Shown here one piece after another: positions 1-9,256 of a DNA stretch of 64,000 nucleotides. This DNA comes from Acidobacteriota bacterium (GTDB taxonomy: Bacteria; Acidobacteriota; Thermoanaerobaculia; Multivoradales; UBA5704). The stretch spans positions 32,001-96,000 of the forward strand of contig JBDTZG010000004.1 of the NCBI GenBank assembly GCA_040005235.1, given 5' to 3'. Positions within the stretch are counted from its first letter, which is position 1, and every line of letters begins with the position of its first letter. The notes below the pieces were generated by a model that made no database searches, was not told the DNA's origin, and worked only from the letters and a program-made list of their open reading frames with translations. The position numbers and the translations under genes are program-made.

Positions 1-352
1 GCTTCATCATCCGCTCCGTGATCAGCGGGCAGCTGGTGGCGCAGCGGGTGAAGATGAAATCGGCGATCCAGGGGGATCCGGCGAGGTCGGACGGTCCGAC
101 CCGGCGGCCGTCCCGGTTGGTCAGCTCGAATTCGGGCACCTGGCCGAGGATCGGCGGCGGCGCGCCCGGGCGGCCGAGCGCGAGGCGGCTGGAGATCGCC
201 GAAAAGGCGATCCCGGCGAGGGCGGCGACCAGCACGGCCCAGAGCAGCCGGCGCCGCCAACGGCCGGAGCCGTCGAGGATCGTCGAATCCTCGCCGTGCT
301 CGCCTCCGCTCGGCGGGCCGTCTTGCGGCTCTTCGCTCACCGGTTCGCCCAT
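1..352 (-). CDS. SCO1/SenC copper chaperone (partial, runs off the window edge)
   Basis: Manual translation from ATG at 352: MGEPVSEE...TM helix...VPEFELTNRDGRRV...WIADFIFTRCATSCP, with the SCO CxxxC motif. Lies directly downstream of ctaB. Confidence 0.85.
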   Translation of the reverse strand, partial: MGEPVSEEPQDGPPSGGEHGEDSTILDGSGRWRRRLLWAVLVAALAGIAFSAISSRLALGRPGAPPPILGQVPEFELTNRDGRRVGPSDLAGSPWIADFIFTRCATSCPLITERMMK

Positions 353-372
353 CGTTCCCAATCAGGCCCGGA

Positions 373-1296
373 TCAGAACAGGATGCGATCGACCAGCATG
401 ACGCCGAGCAGCGCGGGCAGATAGAGGATCGACGCGAACATCAGCCGCCTGGCCGAAGCGTCGCTCTTGTCGCGGCTGAAACGGAGTGCCGCGAAGAGAT
501 AGGCGATCCCGATCGCCAATGCCGCCCAGAAATAGACCGGGCCCAGCAGCTTCAATGGCGTGGGCAGAAGGGAGACCGGCACCAGCGCCGCGCCGTAGAG
601 GACCGCCTGGCGGGCGGCCTGGGTTCCCGTGGGATCGGTCACCGTGAGCATGGGGAAACCGCCGGCTCGGTAGTCGTCGCGGCAGAGCCAGGCGATCGCC
701 AGGAAATGCGGCATCTGCCAGAAGAACAGGATGCCGAACAGGACCCAAGCGGGCAGGCCGACCTGGTCGCGCACCGCCGCCCAGCCCATCATCGGCGGGA
801 TCGCGCCGGGCACCGCGCCGATGATCGTCGAGAGCGAGGTGATCGGTTTGAGCGGCGTATAGATGAAGACGTAGCCCACCAGCGCCGCGACCCCGAGCAG
901 GGCGGTCAGCAGATTGACCCGGATCGCCAAATAACCGAGTCCGCCGATGCCGAGCGCCACGCCCCAGAGCAGGGCGGCATCCGGATGCATGCGGCCGGAG
1001 GGAACCGGGCGGTCGAGCGTCCTGCGCATTCGGGCGTCGCGCTCGCGCTCCAGCACCTGGTTGAGCGCCGACGCGCCGGCCGAGACCAGCCCCGTGCCGA
1101 TGAGGGTGTGGACCAGCAGCCAGAACGAGATCGGTCCCCCCCGCTCGGCGAGCAGGAAGCCCATCCCGGCGGTGAGCACGACCATCGTCGTGATCCGCGG
1201 CTTGGCGAGGGTCGAGAGATCGGAGAGCAGGCGGCTCTCCCGCGCCGGCCGGTCCGTGACCACCCCCTCCGCCTCCACGGCGTCCGCCGCTTTCAT
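373..1296 (-). CDS. ctaB: Protoheme IX farnesyltransferase (heme O synthase)
   Basis: UbiA-family motifs LAKPRI, NQVLERERDARMRRT..RP, YTPLK, GAVPGAIPP and WQMPHF. Confidence 0.95.
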   Translation of the reverse strand: MKAADAVEAEGVVTDRPARESRLLSDLSTLAKPRITTMVVLTAGMGFLLAERGGPISFWLLVHTLIGTGLVSAGASALNQVLERERDARMRRTLDRPVPSGRMHPDAALLWGVALGIGGLGYLAIRVNLLTALLGVAALVGYVFIYTPLKPITSLSTIIGAVPGAIPPMMGWAAVRDQVGLPAWVLFGILFFWQMPHFLAIAWLCRDDYRAGGFPMLTVTDPTGTQAARQAVLYGAALVPVSLLPTPLKLLGPVYFWAALAIGIAYLFAALRFSRDKSDASARRLMFASILYLPALLGVMLVDRILF

Positions 1297-2318
1297 AGGG
1301 TCACCTGTCGCGTGCCGAGGGAATCCGGCCGCGGGGAGAGTCGGGGCGGCCCCGAGGCTGCCGGAGCGGCGGCCGATTCAGTCGCCCGGGCGAGGCGGGC
1401 GGCATGGAGCGACAGGATCAGGCTGCAGGCGAGCAGCGAGGCGCCGGTCGCCACGTGGAGGGTGTTCACCCACACGACTCGGCCGGTGAGCACCACCGCG
1501 CCGCCGAGCGAAATTTGAGCGACCACCAGAAGCGCCATCGCGAGGGCCGGCCGGGTGAGCGCGCCGAGGTCGGCATGGTGGCGGAATACCCGGACGACCG
1601 TCCAAGAGAGGAGGATCAGCACCAGCAGCGCGCCCACCCGGTGGGCGTAGTGCAGACCGATTTTCAGATCGAACTGCGCGGGCACCAGCCGGCCGAACGC
1701 GAGCGGGAAGTCAGGGATCGCTAACCCCGCGCCGTTGTGCCGCACGAACGCGCCGAGCAGAATCTGAAGATAGATGAGCCCGGTGGTCGCAAACGCCATT
1801 CGTCGCAGCGGCCCGACCGGCTCGGCCGGCGATTCCGTGCCGCCCCAATAGCGGGGCGAGGTGACGACGGCGATCGAAGTGACCAGGCAGAGGAACAGCT
1901 CGGCCAGCGCCGCGTGGGAGATCGAAACCGCGGGCGGCAGGAAGAGAAGGACGGTCAATCCGCCCAGCAGCGCCTGGGCGAACACCGCGGCGACCGCGAA
2001 GCCGCCGAGCCGCCGCACGCCAGGACGCCGCTCCGCCCGCGACAGCCAGATCGCGAGCGCCACGGTCAAAAGGGCGACCGTTCCGGCGAACAGCCGGTGA
2101 CCGTGCTCGGCCCGGACCGCATCGAGATGCCACCAGCCCGGCGGGTTCAGGCTGCCGTAAGAAAGCGGCCAATCGGGAACCGACAGCCCCGCCTCTTTGC
2201 TCTTGACCAATGCGCCTGCCGCGATCAGCAGGACGACCAGCCCGGCAAGGACCAGGGCGAAGCGGTGGAGCGCCCGCGAAACCGGGGGCGTGGAAGAGTT
2301 TGCGTCGAAAGAATCCAA
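1293..2318 (-). CDS. ctaA: Heme A synthase (COX15/CtaA)
   Basis: GLSVPDWP, EHGHR, Q..LGG, HYAHR and HVA histidine motifs; multi-TM; 4-nt overlap with ctaB. Confidence 0.9.
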   Translation of the reverse strand: MDSFDANSSTPPVSRALHRFALVLAGLVVLLIAAGALVKSKEAGLSVPDWPLSYGSLNPPGWWHLDAVRAEHGHRLFAGTVALLTVALAIWLSRAERRPGVRRLGGFAVAAVFAQALLGGLTVLLFLPPAVSISHAALAELFLCLVTSIAVVTSPRYWGGTESPAEPVGPLRRMAFATTGLIYLQILLGAFVRHNGAGLAIPDFPLAFGRLVPAQFDLKIGLHYAHRVGALLVLILLSWTVVRVFRHHADLGALTRPALAMALLVVAQISLGGAVVLTGRVVWVNTLHVATGASLLACSLILSLHAARLARATESAAAPAASGPPRLSPRPDSLGTRQVTL

Positions 2319-2678
2319 GATTCGGGAATCCGTCGGAAAATGTGCCCCGGAGGGTCCCGGGGGAACCGGGTCAGTCTAACGCGGAATCCCGGCCGGAACC
2401 CCCCGAAGGAGTGGGAGCTCTCCGATTCGCTACACCTCCCCGAAAGAGCCTGGCCGCGAGCCGGACCTCGAAGGAGCGGCCTCGATCAGGACGTTGGCGA
2501 ACAGCGGATTGAATCCGGTCGCCGTGTGGTGGGTCTTTGAGAGGCGCTGGCGCGAGCCGAAGACGGGAATCCCTAAAATGTCGGCGAGCATGCGCGCGGG
2601 AAAAAAGGCGACAGGGGCGGAGATCACCCCGCATTCGATAGACTGGGCCAAACACTACTCCTGAAGGCGGAAGCTCCC

Positions 2679-3080
2679 ATGCGACGACTCGATTCAAAAG
2701 CGGCCAAAGCTCTCGCGTTCTCCCTCCTGCTTCTTGCGGCTTCGCTCGGAGCCGGGGCGGCGGCGGGCGGAATCGATTTCGACCGGTTCCAGGGTGGCGC
2801 CTGCCGCTCGGATCAGGCCGCGGTCGCCAAGGCAGAGGTTTCGGGCTGCGCCGCCAACGACCAGTGCGGCGCCGACGAGTTCTGCGCCCGCCTATACGGC
2901 GAGTGCGCCAAGCCGGGCGCCTGCGAAACCCGGCCCAAGGACTGCGCGGAGCACGGGCACAGTTACGTCAAACCGATGTGCGGATGCGATGGGAAGACCT
3001 ACGACAACGCCTGCCTGGCCGGTGCCGCCGGGACGAGCGTCGACCACGACGGTCCCTGCGCGGGCCAGCCCGCCCCGTAG
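2679..3080 (+). CDS. Secreted Cys-rich protein with Kazal-type domain
   Basis: Signal peptide, then PMCGCDGKTYDNAC.A..AG......GPC, the Kazal signature. Confidence 0.8.
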   Translation: MRRLDSKAAKALAFSLLLLAASLGAGAAAGGIDFDRFQGGACRSDQAAVAKAEVSGCAANDQCGADEFCARLYGECAKPGACETRPKDCAEHGHSYVKPMCGCDGKTYDNACLAGAAGTSVDHDGPCAGQPAP

Positions 3081-3210
3081 GGCGCGAGGTTAGGCTGGCC
3101 CGCGCGGTCCCGCCGGTTGATTTTGTGTATATCCAACAATCCGAGCACCCAGAGCGGCACTCCGAGCTTCGCGCCCTGGAACAGCGAAAAGCAACCCTTC
3201 AAGATGGGCT

Positions 3211-3543
3211 TTACCGGTTTCGGCTGGCGACTGCCGCGTGTCGCGACTCCGGCGTGCAGCTCGTCGCGAGCCACGGCAGTTCCGCGGAAGCCCGTCCGGC
3301 CGCCGCCTTCTCGCTCCCGCCGGCCGCGAATCCACCGCAGTCGTATCCTCCGACGCACAGGCCGACCTCGGCGCAGGTGTGGTTGAGGGGGCCGTTGAAG
3401 GCGAACGAGCAAGGCTTCGAGCAGAGAGAAGCGCAGTCACACAGCTCCGTGCATTCCTTCGATTGATTGGCGAGCGCCGGCATCGAGAACGAAATGGCGA
3501 AGACGACGGCGATTGCGTTGGAAATCCTAGCTATGCGGTTCAT
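3211..3543 (-). CDS. Small secreted Cys-rich protein
   Basis: ATG at 3543; signal peptide ending PALA; Cys-rich block CTELCDCASLCSKPC...C...C...C. Confidence 0.6.
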   Translation of the reverse strand: MNRIARISNAIAVVFAISFSMPALANQSKECTELCDCASLCSKPCSFAFNGPLNHTCAEVGLCVGGYDCGGFAAGGSEKAAAGRASAELPWLATSCTPESRHAAVASRNR

Positions 3544-3716
3544 GGGGGCTCCCAAGCGAAGCTCGCCTCCCGGCATTAGGCGCGAGCGCTCCTGTAAAGG
3601 CTGGTGCGCTCGTTTCGGTCAGGCGAGCCCGGCTCTACAAGAAGCCGCCTGCCAAGACGCAGGAGCCGTCCGCCAACTCGCAATAGCCACCTGCGAAATC
3701 GCATACCGCCCGCCCG

Positions 3717-3880
3717 CTAGAAGAGGGCGGCACCTATTTGGACCCCCTATTCGGACCGGAGCCGCGAGGTTGGAGCCCCAAGCTCGCCCGCTTCATGGGC
3801 TGTTTCAACTCGAGCTCGCCCGCCAGCAGCGGCGGGGAGTCCAAAGCGTCACCCCTCGCCACTGAAGGTCCCCTGCTCGC
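3717..3880 (+). pseudogene. Highly condensed relic of the RAYT-like transposase element
   Basis: End-motif variant CTAGAAGAGGGCGGCACCTATTT at 3717. CCCGCTTCATGGGCTGTTTCAACTCGA..GCTCGCCCGC matches ~13507-13545, and GGGAGTCCAAAGCGTCAC matches ~13702. Confidence 0.65.
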
Positions 3881-3941
3881 CTGAAGAATCGTCCGGAAAT
3901 GGGGTTTCGCCGGCCAGGAAAAGGCAACGCCGCTCGCCAAC

Positions 3942-4389
3942 TGTGCGGATTTGAATCAACATTGTGCGAAAACCGATGGCGGAGCTCCTTTTCTGACCCC
4001 GGAAAACGCTTTCGCCGTTGCGCTCTGTGCGGACCTGGAAGAAATTAGTGCGAAGTTGGGAGAAATCGGGAATTTCTCGGGTCGTCGTTGTGCGGATTGC
4101 TAGTAAACTCTGTGCAAACCTCAATGGGGAGAGTACTGATCTGGGTGGAAAATACACAATTCTGGACGAGTGGCGATCTGAGACGGGTCAACTGCGGACT
4201 CTTTTGTCTGATGTCCGCACAAGCCGAGGATATTCTCTGTACAAAGCCGGTTGCAATTAAAGTAGGTCCACCCAGTTCTTGGCGTGCCCCAATTAATCTC
4301 GCACAGATCTCGTCCAGATCCGCACATGCGTCTTCCAGCAAAGGGGTTTGGTGTTCTAGGTTCGCACAGGCGCCACTCGCGTTTGCACA
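3942..4389. repeat. 21-bp phased TGTGCG/CGCACA motif array
   Basis: TGTGCG-like hexamers at 3942, 3963, 4026, 4047 and 4089; reverse-complement CGCACA-like hexamers at 4153, 4216, 4300, 4321, 4363 and 4384. Confidence 0.6.
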
Positions 4390-4544
4390 AATCTGAACCA
4401 GAAAAGAAGTTCCGGTGGCCACGAATGTCGAGCGAGGTCGAAGCCGCGAGTTCCCGGCGGGTCATGTCTCGGATTTGTAAGGGAGGGCCTCGAGATCCAC
4501 AACGCCGTGTAAGGCTTCAAACTCGGGATCCTTGTGGACCAAGA

Positions 4545-4749
4545 TTGCGCTCAACCGGCTGGCGAGCCCGGCGTTGTCCTAGAAGATGCTCTAGGAGCCG
4601 CTCTCCCTTGGCGGAGCCGCGAAGGGCGGCGACAGGGTCCGCCGGCACGGGAATCACGCGGATGACATCCCCTTCATCGAGCCACACCAGGCGGTCTCCC
4701 TCGCGAATCTGATGCCGCTTGCGGATTTTTTGGTGACCGCGGTTTCCAT
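4545..4749 (-). pseudogene. AbrB/MazE-family antitoxin, frameshifted by an internal deletion
   Basis: METAVTK, then in another frame IRKRHQIREGDRLVWLDEGDVIRVIPVPADPVAALRGSAKG. The GQxxIP segment is missing. Confidence 0.6.
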
Positions 4750-4924
4750 TGCGCCCTCCTTGGCCGAAAACCTAGCAAGGAGAGAGGGGCCACCGCAAGG
4801 AGCGGGGCCGAATTGCAAGGCGCTGGGCGACAACCGGCCAAGACCAGAGCGACCCCGAAAGCGACGATCGAAACCTGCCGACGTCGCTTGGCCGAGTATG
4901 ACCGCTACAAGTAGGAGGCTGCCC

Positions 4925-5248
4925 ATGGATTCAAAGAAGAGAGAGCGGCTCGAATCCCACGGTTGGAAGGTGGGCTCCGCCGAGGAGTTCCTCGGTCTCA
5001 CCGCCGACGAGAGTTCCTACATCGACCTGTGGCTCAAGCTCAGCGATGCCGTCCGCCGGCTTCGTAGGGAGCGGAGTTTGACCCAGCTGCAGCTCGCCGA
5101 GCGGCTGCAATCCAGCCAGAGCCGCATCGCGAAAGCGGAGGCCGCCGACGAATCGGTCTCCTTGGATCTATTGATTCGGACCCTGCTCGCGCTCGGAGCT
5201 TCCGATCGCGACCTGGCCGAGGTGATCGCAGGGGATCGAGCGGCGTAG
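4925..5248 (+). CDS. XRE-family HTH protein (HigA-like orphan antitoxin)
   Basis: MDSKKRERLESHGWKVGSAEEFLGL...LTQLQLAERLQSSQSRIAKAE; AGGAGG RBS upstream of 4925. Confidence 0.85.
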   Translation: MDSKKRERLESHGWKVGSAEEFLGLTADESSYIDLWLKLSDAVRRLRRERSLTQLQLAERLQSSQSRIAKAEAADESVSLDLLIRTLLALGASDRDLAEVIAGDRAA

Positions 5249-5327
5249 AGTCCCACTCGGGTCGAGCTGTGATCGAAACGACGATCCAGATGCTCCCGGG
5301 CGAGCTCCTCGTGCTAACATCTGATGC

Positions 5328-5570
5328 ATGCGCACCACTCTCGACATCGCAGACGACGTACTGATGGCGGTCAAGGACAGGGCACGACGGCAGAAGCGCA
5401 GTATCGGAGACCTCCTGTCCGAGCTTGCCCGGGCTGCTTTGACTCACAGGTACCGGGAAAACAGTGAAATCAAGCCGAAGAGCTTCTATGGCTTCGATCC
5501 GTTGCCTCTTCGGGGCGGGACGGTCTCCAACGAGCTGATCGACAAACTCCGAGAAGAAGACCTCGATTGA
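5328..5570 (+). CDS. vapB: VapB-type (RHH) antitoxin
   Basis: MRTTLDIADDVL..VKDRAR N-terminus; overlaps the PIN gene. Confidence 0.85.
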   Translation: MRTTLDIADDVLMAVKDRARRQKRSIGDLLSELARAALTHRYRENSEIKPKSFYGFDPLPLRGGTVSNELIDKLREEDLD

Positions 5571-5998
5571 TGCGGGCGCTTCTCGACATCAACGTTCTCC
5601 TCGCGCTGCTGGATGCAGAACACGCCGACCATCAGCGAGCCCAAGAGTGGGTCTCCGCGGAGATCCAACACGGCTGGGCATCTTGCGCCCTGACCCAAAA
5701 CGGGTTCGTTCGCATCATCAGCCAGCCGAAGTACCCGAGCCCGGTGTCTCCCTCCGAGGCCGTCGAGCGACTCAACCGAGCGACCCGCACCGAGTACCAC
5801 GAGTTTTGGCCCTGTTCGATCAGCCTTCTCGACGACCGTCGCATTGACCCCAGCCGAGTTCACGGGCCTCGCCAAGTGACCGATATCTATCTTCTCGCGC
5901 TCGCCGTCGAGCACAAAGGAAGATTCGTCACTTTCGATCGCTCCATCCCGCTGTCGGCGGCCCTGGGAGCTACGCCCGAGCATCTCGTCGTTATCTAA
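5567..5998 (+). CDS. vapC: VapC PIN-domain toxin
   Basis: ALLDINVLLAL...TQNGFVRI...QVTDIYLLALA...TFD. Confidence 0.9.
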   Translation: MMRALLDINVLLALLDAEHADHQRAQEWVSAEIQHGWASCALTQNGFVRIISQPKYPSPVSPSEAVERLNRATRTEYHEFWPCSISLLDDRRIDPSRVHGPRQVTDIYLLALAVEHKGRFVTFDRSIPLSAALGATPEHLVVI

Positions 5999-6195
5999 CG
6001 TACCGGGGCCGTCTGGCTGCGTATTCCGCTCGAAGGCGACCACCGGTTCCATTCGAAGGCGACCCCTGATTCCGAGTCGAGTCGCACCACAAAAGGCCGG
6101 TTGAAGAAAATCTCCTCGGCCTCCCAAAAGGCGACGCCGTGTTTTTCGAGGTTCTTCTCAAGGTTCCCCTCGTCCCACTGGAAGCCCGAAGCCAT
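5995..6195 (-). pseudogene. BrnT-family toxin, 3'-truncated
   Basis: GFQWDEGNLEKNLEKHGVAFWEAEEIFFN, the BrnT N-terminus; the C-terminal RIISAR region is absent. Confidence 0.7.
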
Positions 6196-6664
6196 CGCCA
6201 ACTGCCGCCGGATGGCTGCGCTCGATCGCCTGCCTGAGCGCGTAGGCCCTTCGCGTGATGAGTCGCTCCAAGTAACGACGAAGGAAAAGCGTGTCGGCCA
6301 GCCAGCCGAGAGGACCCAAGGGCGAGCGGAACTCGATCACATCCCTCATCTTCGTACGGCCGTCCATCTCCTCGAAGTAGTGGTCGTGGACGAACGACGC
6401 GAACACCCCTTGAATCATTCGATCCTGAAAGTACCGAGGCGGATCGAACGCCGTAATCCTCGAGGTGAGGTTCTGCACGACGCCCAAATGCCTCGCGCGC
6501 CAAGTGACCGTCTCGCCCAGGCCGATCAGGCCGCTCGTTTTCCCGCCTACCGCGCGTTCCCCCGTGTGCTTCAACGAGGACTCATGCAAGTCGATATCGC
6601 GCGCGGCGTCGAAGCAGCGGATGGCGGGGGCGGAGATCTGAGAGATGACTTCAAAACGCGGCAT
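6158..6664 (-). CDS. SRPBCC family protein
   Basis: FDAARDIDLH...GLIGLGETVTWRARHLG...FQDRMIQGVF..FVHDHYF. Confidence 0.85.
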   Translation of the reverse strand: MPRFEVISQISAPAIRCFDAARDIDLHESSLKHTGERAVGGKTSGLIGLGETVTWRARHLGVVQNLTSRITAFDPPRYFQDRMIQGVFASFVHDHYFEEMDGRTKMRDVIEFRSPLGPLGWLADTLFLRRYLERLITRRAYALRQAIERSHPAAVGDGFGLPVGRGEP

Positions 6665-6789
6665 GTGGAGGTTGCGGGCGCGTGGCCAAGAGCCCGACCG
6701 ATGCTACATCAGCTCTAGAGCGACATAATTCGGGGGGCGAGTAGCCCCCGGCGACGCGCAATCGGTAGGCTTCGAGGAGCGCCGGCGCA

Positions 6790-6867
6790 CCTGTCCGCCA
6801 GGTCACGGATCGAGTCCGGAAGACCTCGGTAGCACGCCCAAAAGTCGGCCGAGGCGCGATGCTTCAC
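6790..6867 (-). pseudogene. RelE/ParE-like toxin N-terminal fragment
   Basis: GTG overlapping the upstream TGA gives MKHRASADFWACYRGLPDSIRDLADR, after which similarity ends. Confidence 0.55.
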
Positions 6868-7064
6868 AGCTCGGTGGTTTCGCCTGAGCGCAAGTCGGAG
6901 AGCGCCTTTTCAGCCAAGTGGTCGAGCCGGCCAGCCCCAACATCGCCTTCGAACTGGACGTCCCAGGCCACCGCGTCGAAGGCTGCGAACCAGTTCCGAA
7001 ATACCGCCAGCTCTTCGGCTGTCAGCTCCTCGACTTCCCGCTCCAAAGCTTGGACTCGACTCAT
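6864..7064 (-). CDS. Small putative antitoxin
   Basis: MSRVQALEREVEELTAEEL..FRNWF..FD..AWD.QFEGD..AGRLD; GGAGG RBS; coupled to the toxin fragment. Confidence 0.75.
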   Translation of the reverse strand: MSRVQALEREVEELTAEELAVFRNWFAAFDAVAWDVQFEGDVGAGRLDHLAEKALSDLRSGETTEL

Positions 7065-7158
7065 GGTTGCTTCCTCCTTCTTCTACGGGACTATATCTTC
7101 CACTGTCGAGCTACTCGAGATCTACGCGGCGAAGACCTCGGCGTTTTGAGCGCCAGTC

Positions 7159-7368
7159 TTACCGAGGCCCCTGTAGCTTTCGGGCTTCTCGAAAGAGAGT
7201 GGATGCATCCCAAACCGGAAGCAGGGTCCTTCGCTCTTCGGTGTAGTTGCCCGAGCCAGGATCGTATTGGCGAAGGAACCGGACCGCATTGACCCACCCG
7301 AGAGCCTCTGTGAGAGCCTGAAAACCGCGGTGCCTCAACTCGCTCTGACTTGTGATCAGTGTGTCCAT
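7159..7368 (-). CDS. Small putative antitoxin (orphan)
   Basis: ELRHRGFQALTEALG.VNAVRFLRQYDPGSGNYTEER, a pattern seen in small partners of PIN toxins. Confidence 0.7.
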   Translation of the reverse strand: MDTLITSQSELRHRGFQALTEALGWVNAVRFLRQYDPGSGNYTEERRTLLPVWDASTLFREARKLQGPR

Positions 7369-7407
7369 TGAGAGAACTCCTCAAGGAAGCTGACGGTGCT
7401 CATTCGC

Positions 7408-7656
7408 TCATTCGCCACCGGGCAGGCGATCCTCCGGTCTGGGCTCGGAAGAGGGCACCTTGGCGAGGACCCGCTCGAACAACGCGCGGTCGCCACGGCT
7501 CGCGCGACCCTCCAAATAGGCGACGGTCGTCAAAGCGGCGAGTTTCTCGGCTACGGCGGTCGCGATGAACTGATTCATCGAGATCCCTTCCTGCCGCGCC
7601 AGTTCGCCCACCGAGCGATGCAGGGATTCCGGGAGTCGAAGGCTTAGGGTACTCAT
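7408..7656 (-). CDS. HicB-like RHH antitoxin
   Basis: MSTLSLRLPESLH...ARQEGISMNQFIATAVAEK. Confidence 0.85.
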   Translation of the reverse strand: MSTLSLRLPESLHRSVGELARQEGISMNQFIATAVAEKLAALTTVAYLEGRASRGDRALFERVLAKVPSSEPRPEDRLPGGE

Positions 7657-8084
7657 GGCAATTCTCCTAGAACCGTGAGGAAGTCAGCGGGGGTGAGGAC
7701 TTCGATCCCAAACCGATCGGCGCCGACGAAATCGCGGATATTGAAAGTGACGATGAACTGGCAGCTGCCCGCAACTGCGACCTCAAGCACCATGTCATCG
7801 CCGGGATCGCGAAGCGTCGGGCGCCAGAGAAAGAAGATCTCTTGGCGATGGCTCGTGGCGCAAAGGTAATCGAGAACGACCGCGATATCCTCGACGGTGA
7901 TCGGCGTGATCGCCGGAAGCGGGGCCAGAGCATGTTCGTACTCGAGAACGAGAGGTACGGATACAACGACCTGGAACTTCGACCCGCCGACCAGCTGAAG
8001 CAAACGATACGAGGCACCCTTCGACGACCTCATTGCCGCGTAGAGAACGTTCGTGTCGAGGACGATACGAGGCACTCTTGGCAT
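7653..8084 (-). CDS. PIN-domain toxin
   Basis: IVLDTNVLYAA...LVLEYE...LRDPGDDMVLEVAV...IVTFN.RDF; probable start at 8084. Confidence 0.88.
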   Translation of the reverse strand: MPRVPRIVLDTNVLYAAMRSSKGASYRLLQLVGGSKFQVVVSVPLVLEYEHALAPLPAITPITVEDIAVVLDYLCATSHRQEIFFLWRPTLRDPGDDMVLEVAVAGSCQFIVTFNIRDFVGADRFGIEVLTPADFLTVLGELP

Positions 8085-8159
8085 GGTGGCGCCGATGATA
8101 CCATCGAGTCCGGCCGTCTGACCCTTCCCCACCTGAGGTCCCCCGACCGTTTTCGATCC

Positions 8160-8762
8160 GGCTGGCCCGGGCCGCTTCTCAACGAGCGCGGGTTGAAGAC
8201 ATCGCCGAGTTGGTCGATGCGATCATTAAAAAAGCCGCCGCTCGGCGATCCGAGACTGGAATCGAACCCCTCGGCCCGGCAGCGATCCTCAAGCAACAGC
8301 AGTTCTCTCAACCGGCCAAGACCAAGAAGTCGCCCGCCCCGCTCGTCCACGCCGCCAGCAAACAGGTGCGGACCCAGATCAGGATCACCTACGATTGGTT
8401 TGTCCGGGCCTTCCGCGAGGCGGCGGAATTCCTGAGAGCTGGCGACCGGCAGGCGCGCTTTCCGCAAGGGTGCTTTCCGCCCGGGTTGCCGTTTGTTCGA
8501 GAGGGGCGGTTAGTAGCGATCATGCCGGCCACGTAGTCGGGGATCACCCGTTCAACGCAAAGCAGAGTCCTCTCGAAGTCCCGGCCGGTGGGCCGCGATT
8601 CGCCGCCCCGAGACCCCAAGTGCTTCGATTTTGGCCTCACTTCCTGCCAAGAGCTGGCTTACGCCAGGACCTCTCTACAGCTTCCGGACGCCGGGCGGAG
8701 TCTCTTCGCCTCGCGGTTGCCGCACTTCGAGCGGGGTCGCTCCACCTTTTAGGCACGTTTTG
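8160..8762 (+). mobile_element. RAYT-like HUH transposase remnant (copy 1) with 3' flank
   Basis: C-terminus KTKKSPAPLVHAASK...FREAAE.LRAGDRQARFPQGCFPPGLPFV is near-identical to the copies at 13.9 and 15.3 kb; several internal deletions. Confidence 0.8.
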
Positions 8763-8921
8763 GGCCCGGGGTCAGGTGAAATTCCAAAGATAAGGGCGAG
8801 AGGGTGGCCTCAGGCGTGGCACGATGTGCGCTTGACCTGGCCTTTCGTCAGTGCTCTTATCCTCGATATTCTCACCGAGCGCTCTGTCTCTGTTGGTTAA
8901 GCGAACGATAGAGGAGGCAAT

Positions 8922-9080
8922 ATGAAGGAACGAAAATTCGCCAGAAAACTTTCCGTTTCTCGCGAGACGATTCAGCGTCTGGAAGTCCAGTCACTCCGGG
9001 AAGTCCTGGGGGCCTATACCATGTCGACCTGCAGCTGTATTCAAGGGTGTGCCGGCCAAAGCGCGACCTGCCCTCCTTAG
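8922..9080 (+). CDS. Lanthipeptide-like precursor peptide 1 (52 aa, not in ORF track)
   Basis: GAGGAGG RBS; MKERKFARKLSVSRETIQRLEVQSLREVLGA-YTMSTCSCIQGCAGQSATCPP. KLxxxRET leader and a Ser/Thr/Cys-rich core. Confidence 0.88.
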   Translation: MKERKFARKLSVSRETIQRLEVQSLREVLGAYTMSTCSCIQGCAGQSATCPP

Positions 9081-9256
9081 CACACCGCCCTTCAGCGGAC
9101 TGAGGCCAGAAGCTTCGCGTCTTCCGCGAGACGGTAGAGCCGGCGTTCCCTTTGTTGGGAGGTTCGAAATACTATTTTCAGTTTTCTGGCCGTCGCGTGC
9201 CTGGGAGGCGTTGGGCCTTTCATTTTATTCTGATACGGCCATCTAAAGGAGGAAAG

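Noticed and set aside
4045-4422. 125-aa ORF with periodic CA dipeptides
   Set aside because: Explained by the DNA periodicity; no clear RBS and atypical codon usage, so not called as a CDS.
2679-8084. Classical integron cassette array
   Set aside because: No integrase, no recurring attC (RYYYAAC...GTTRRRY) structures found, and genes lie in mixed orientations.
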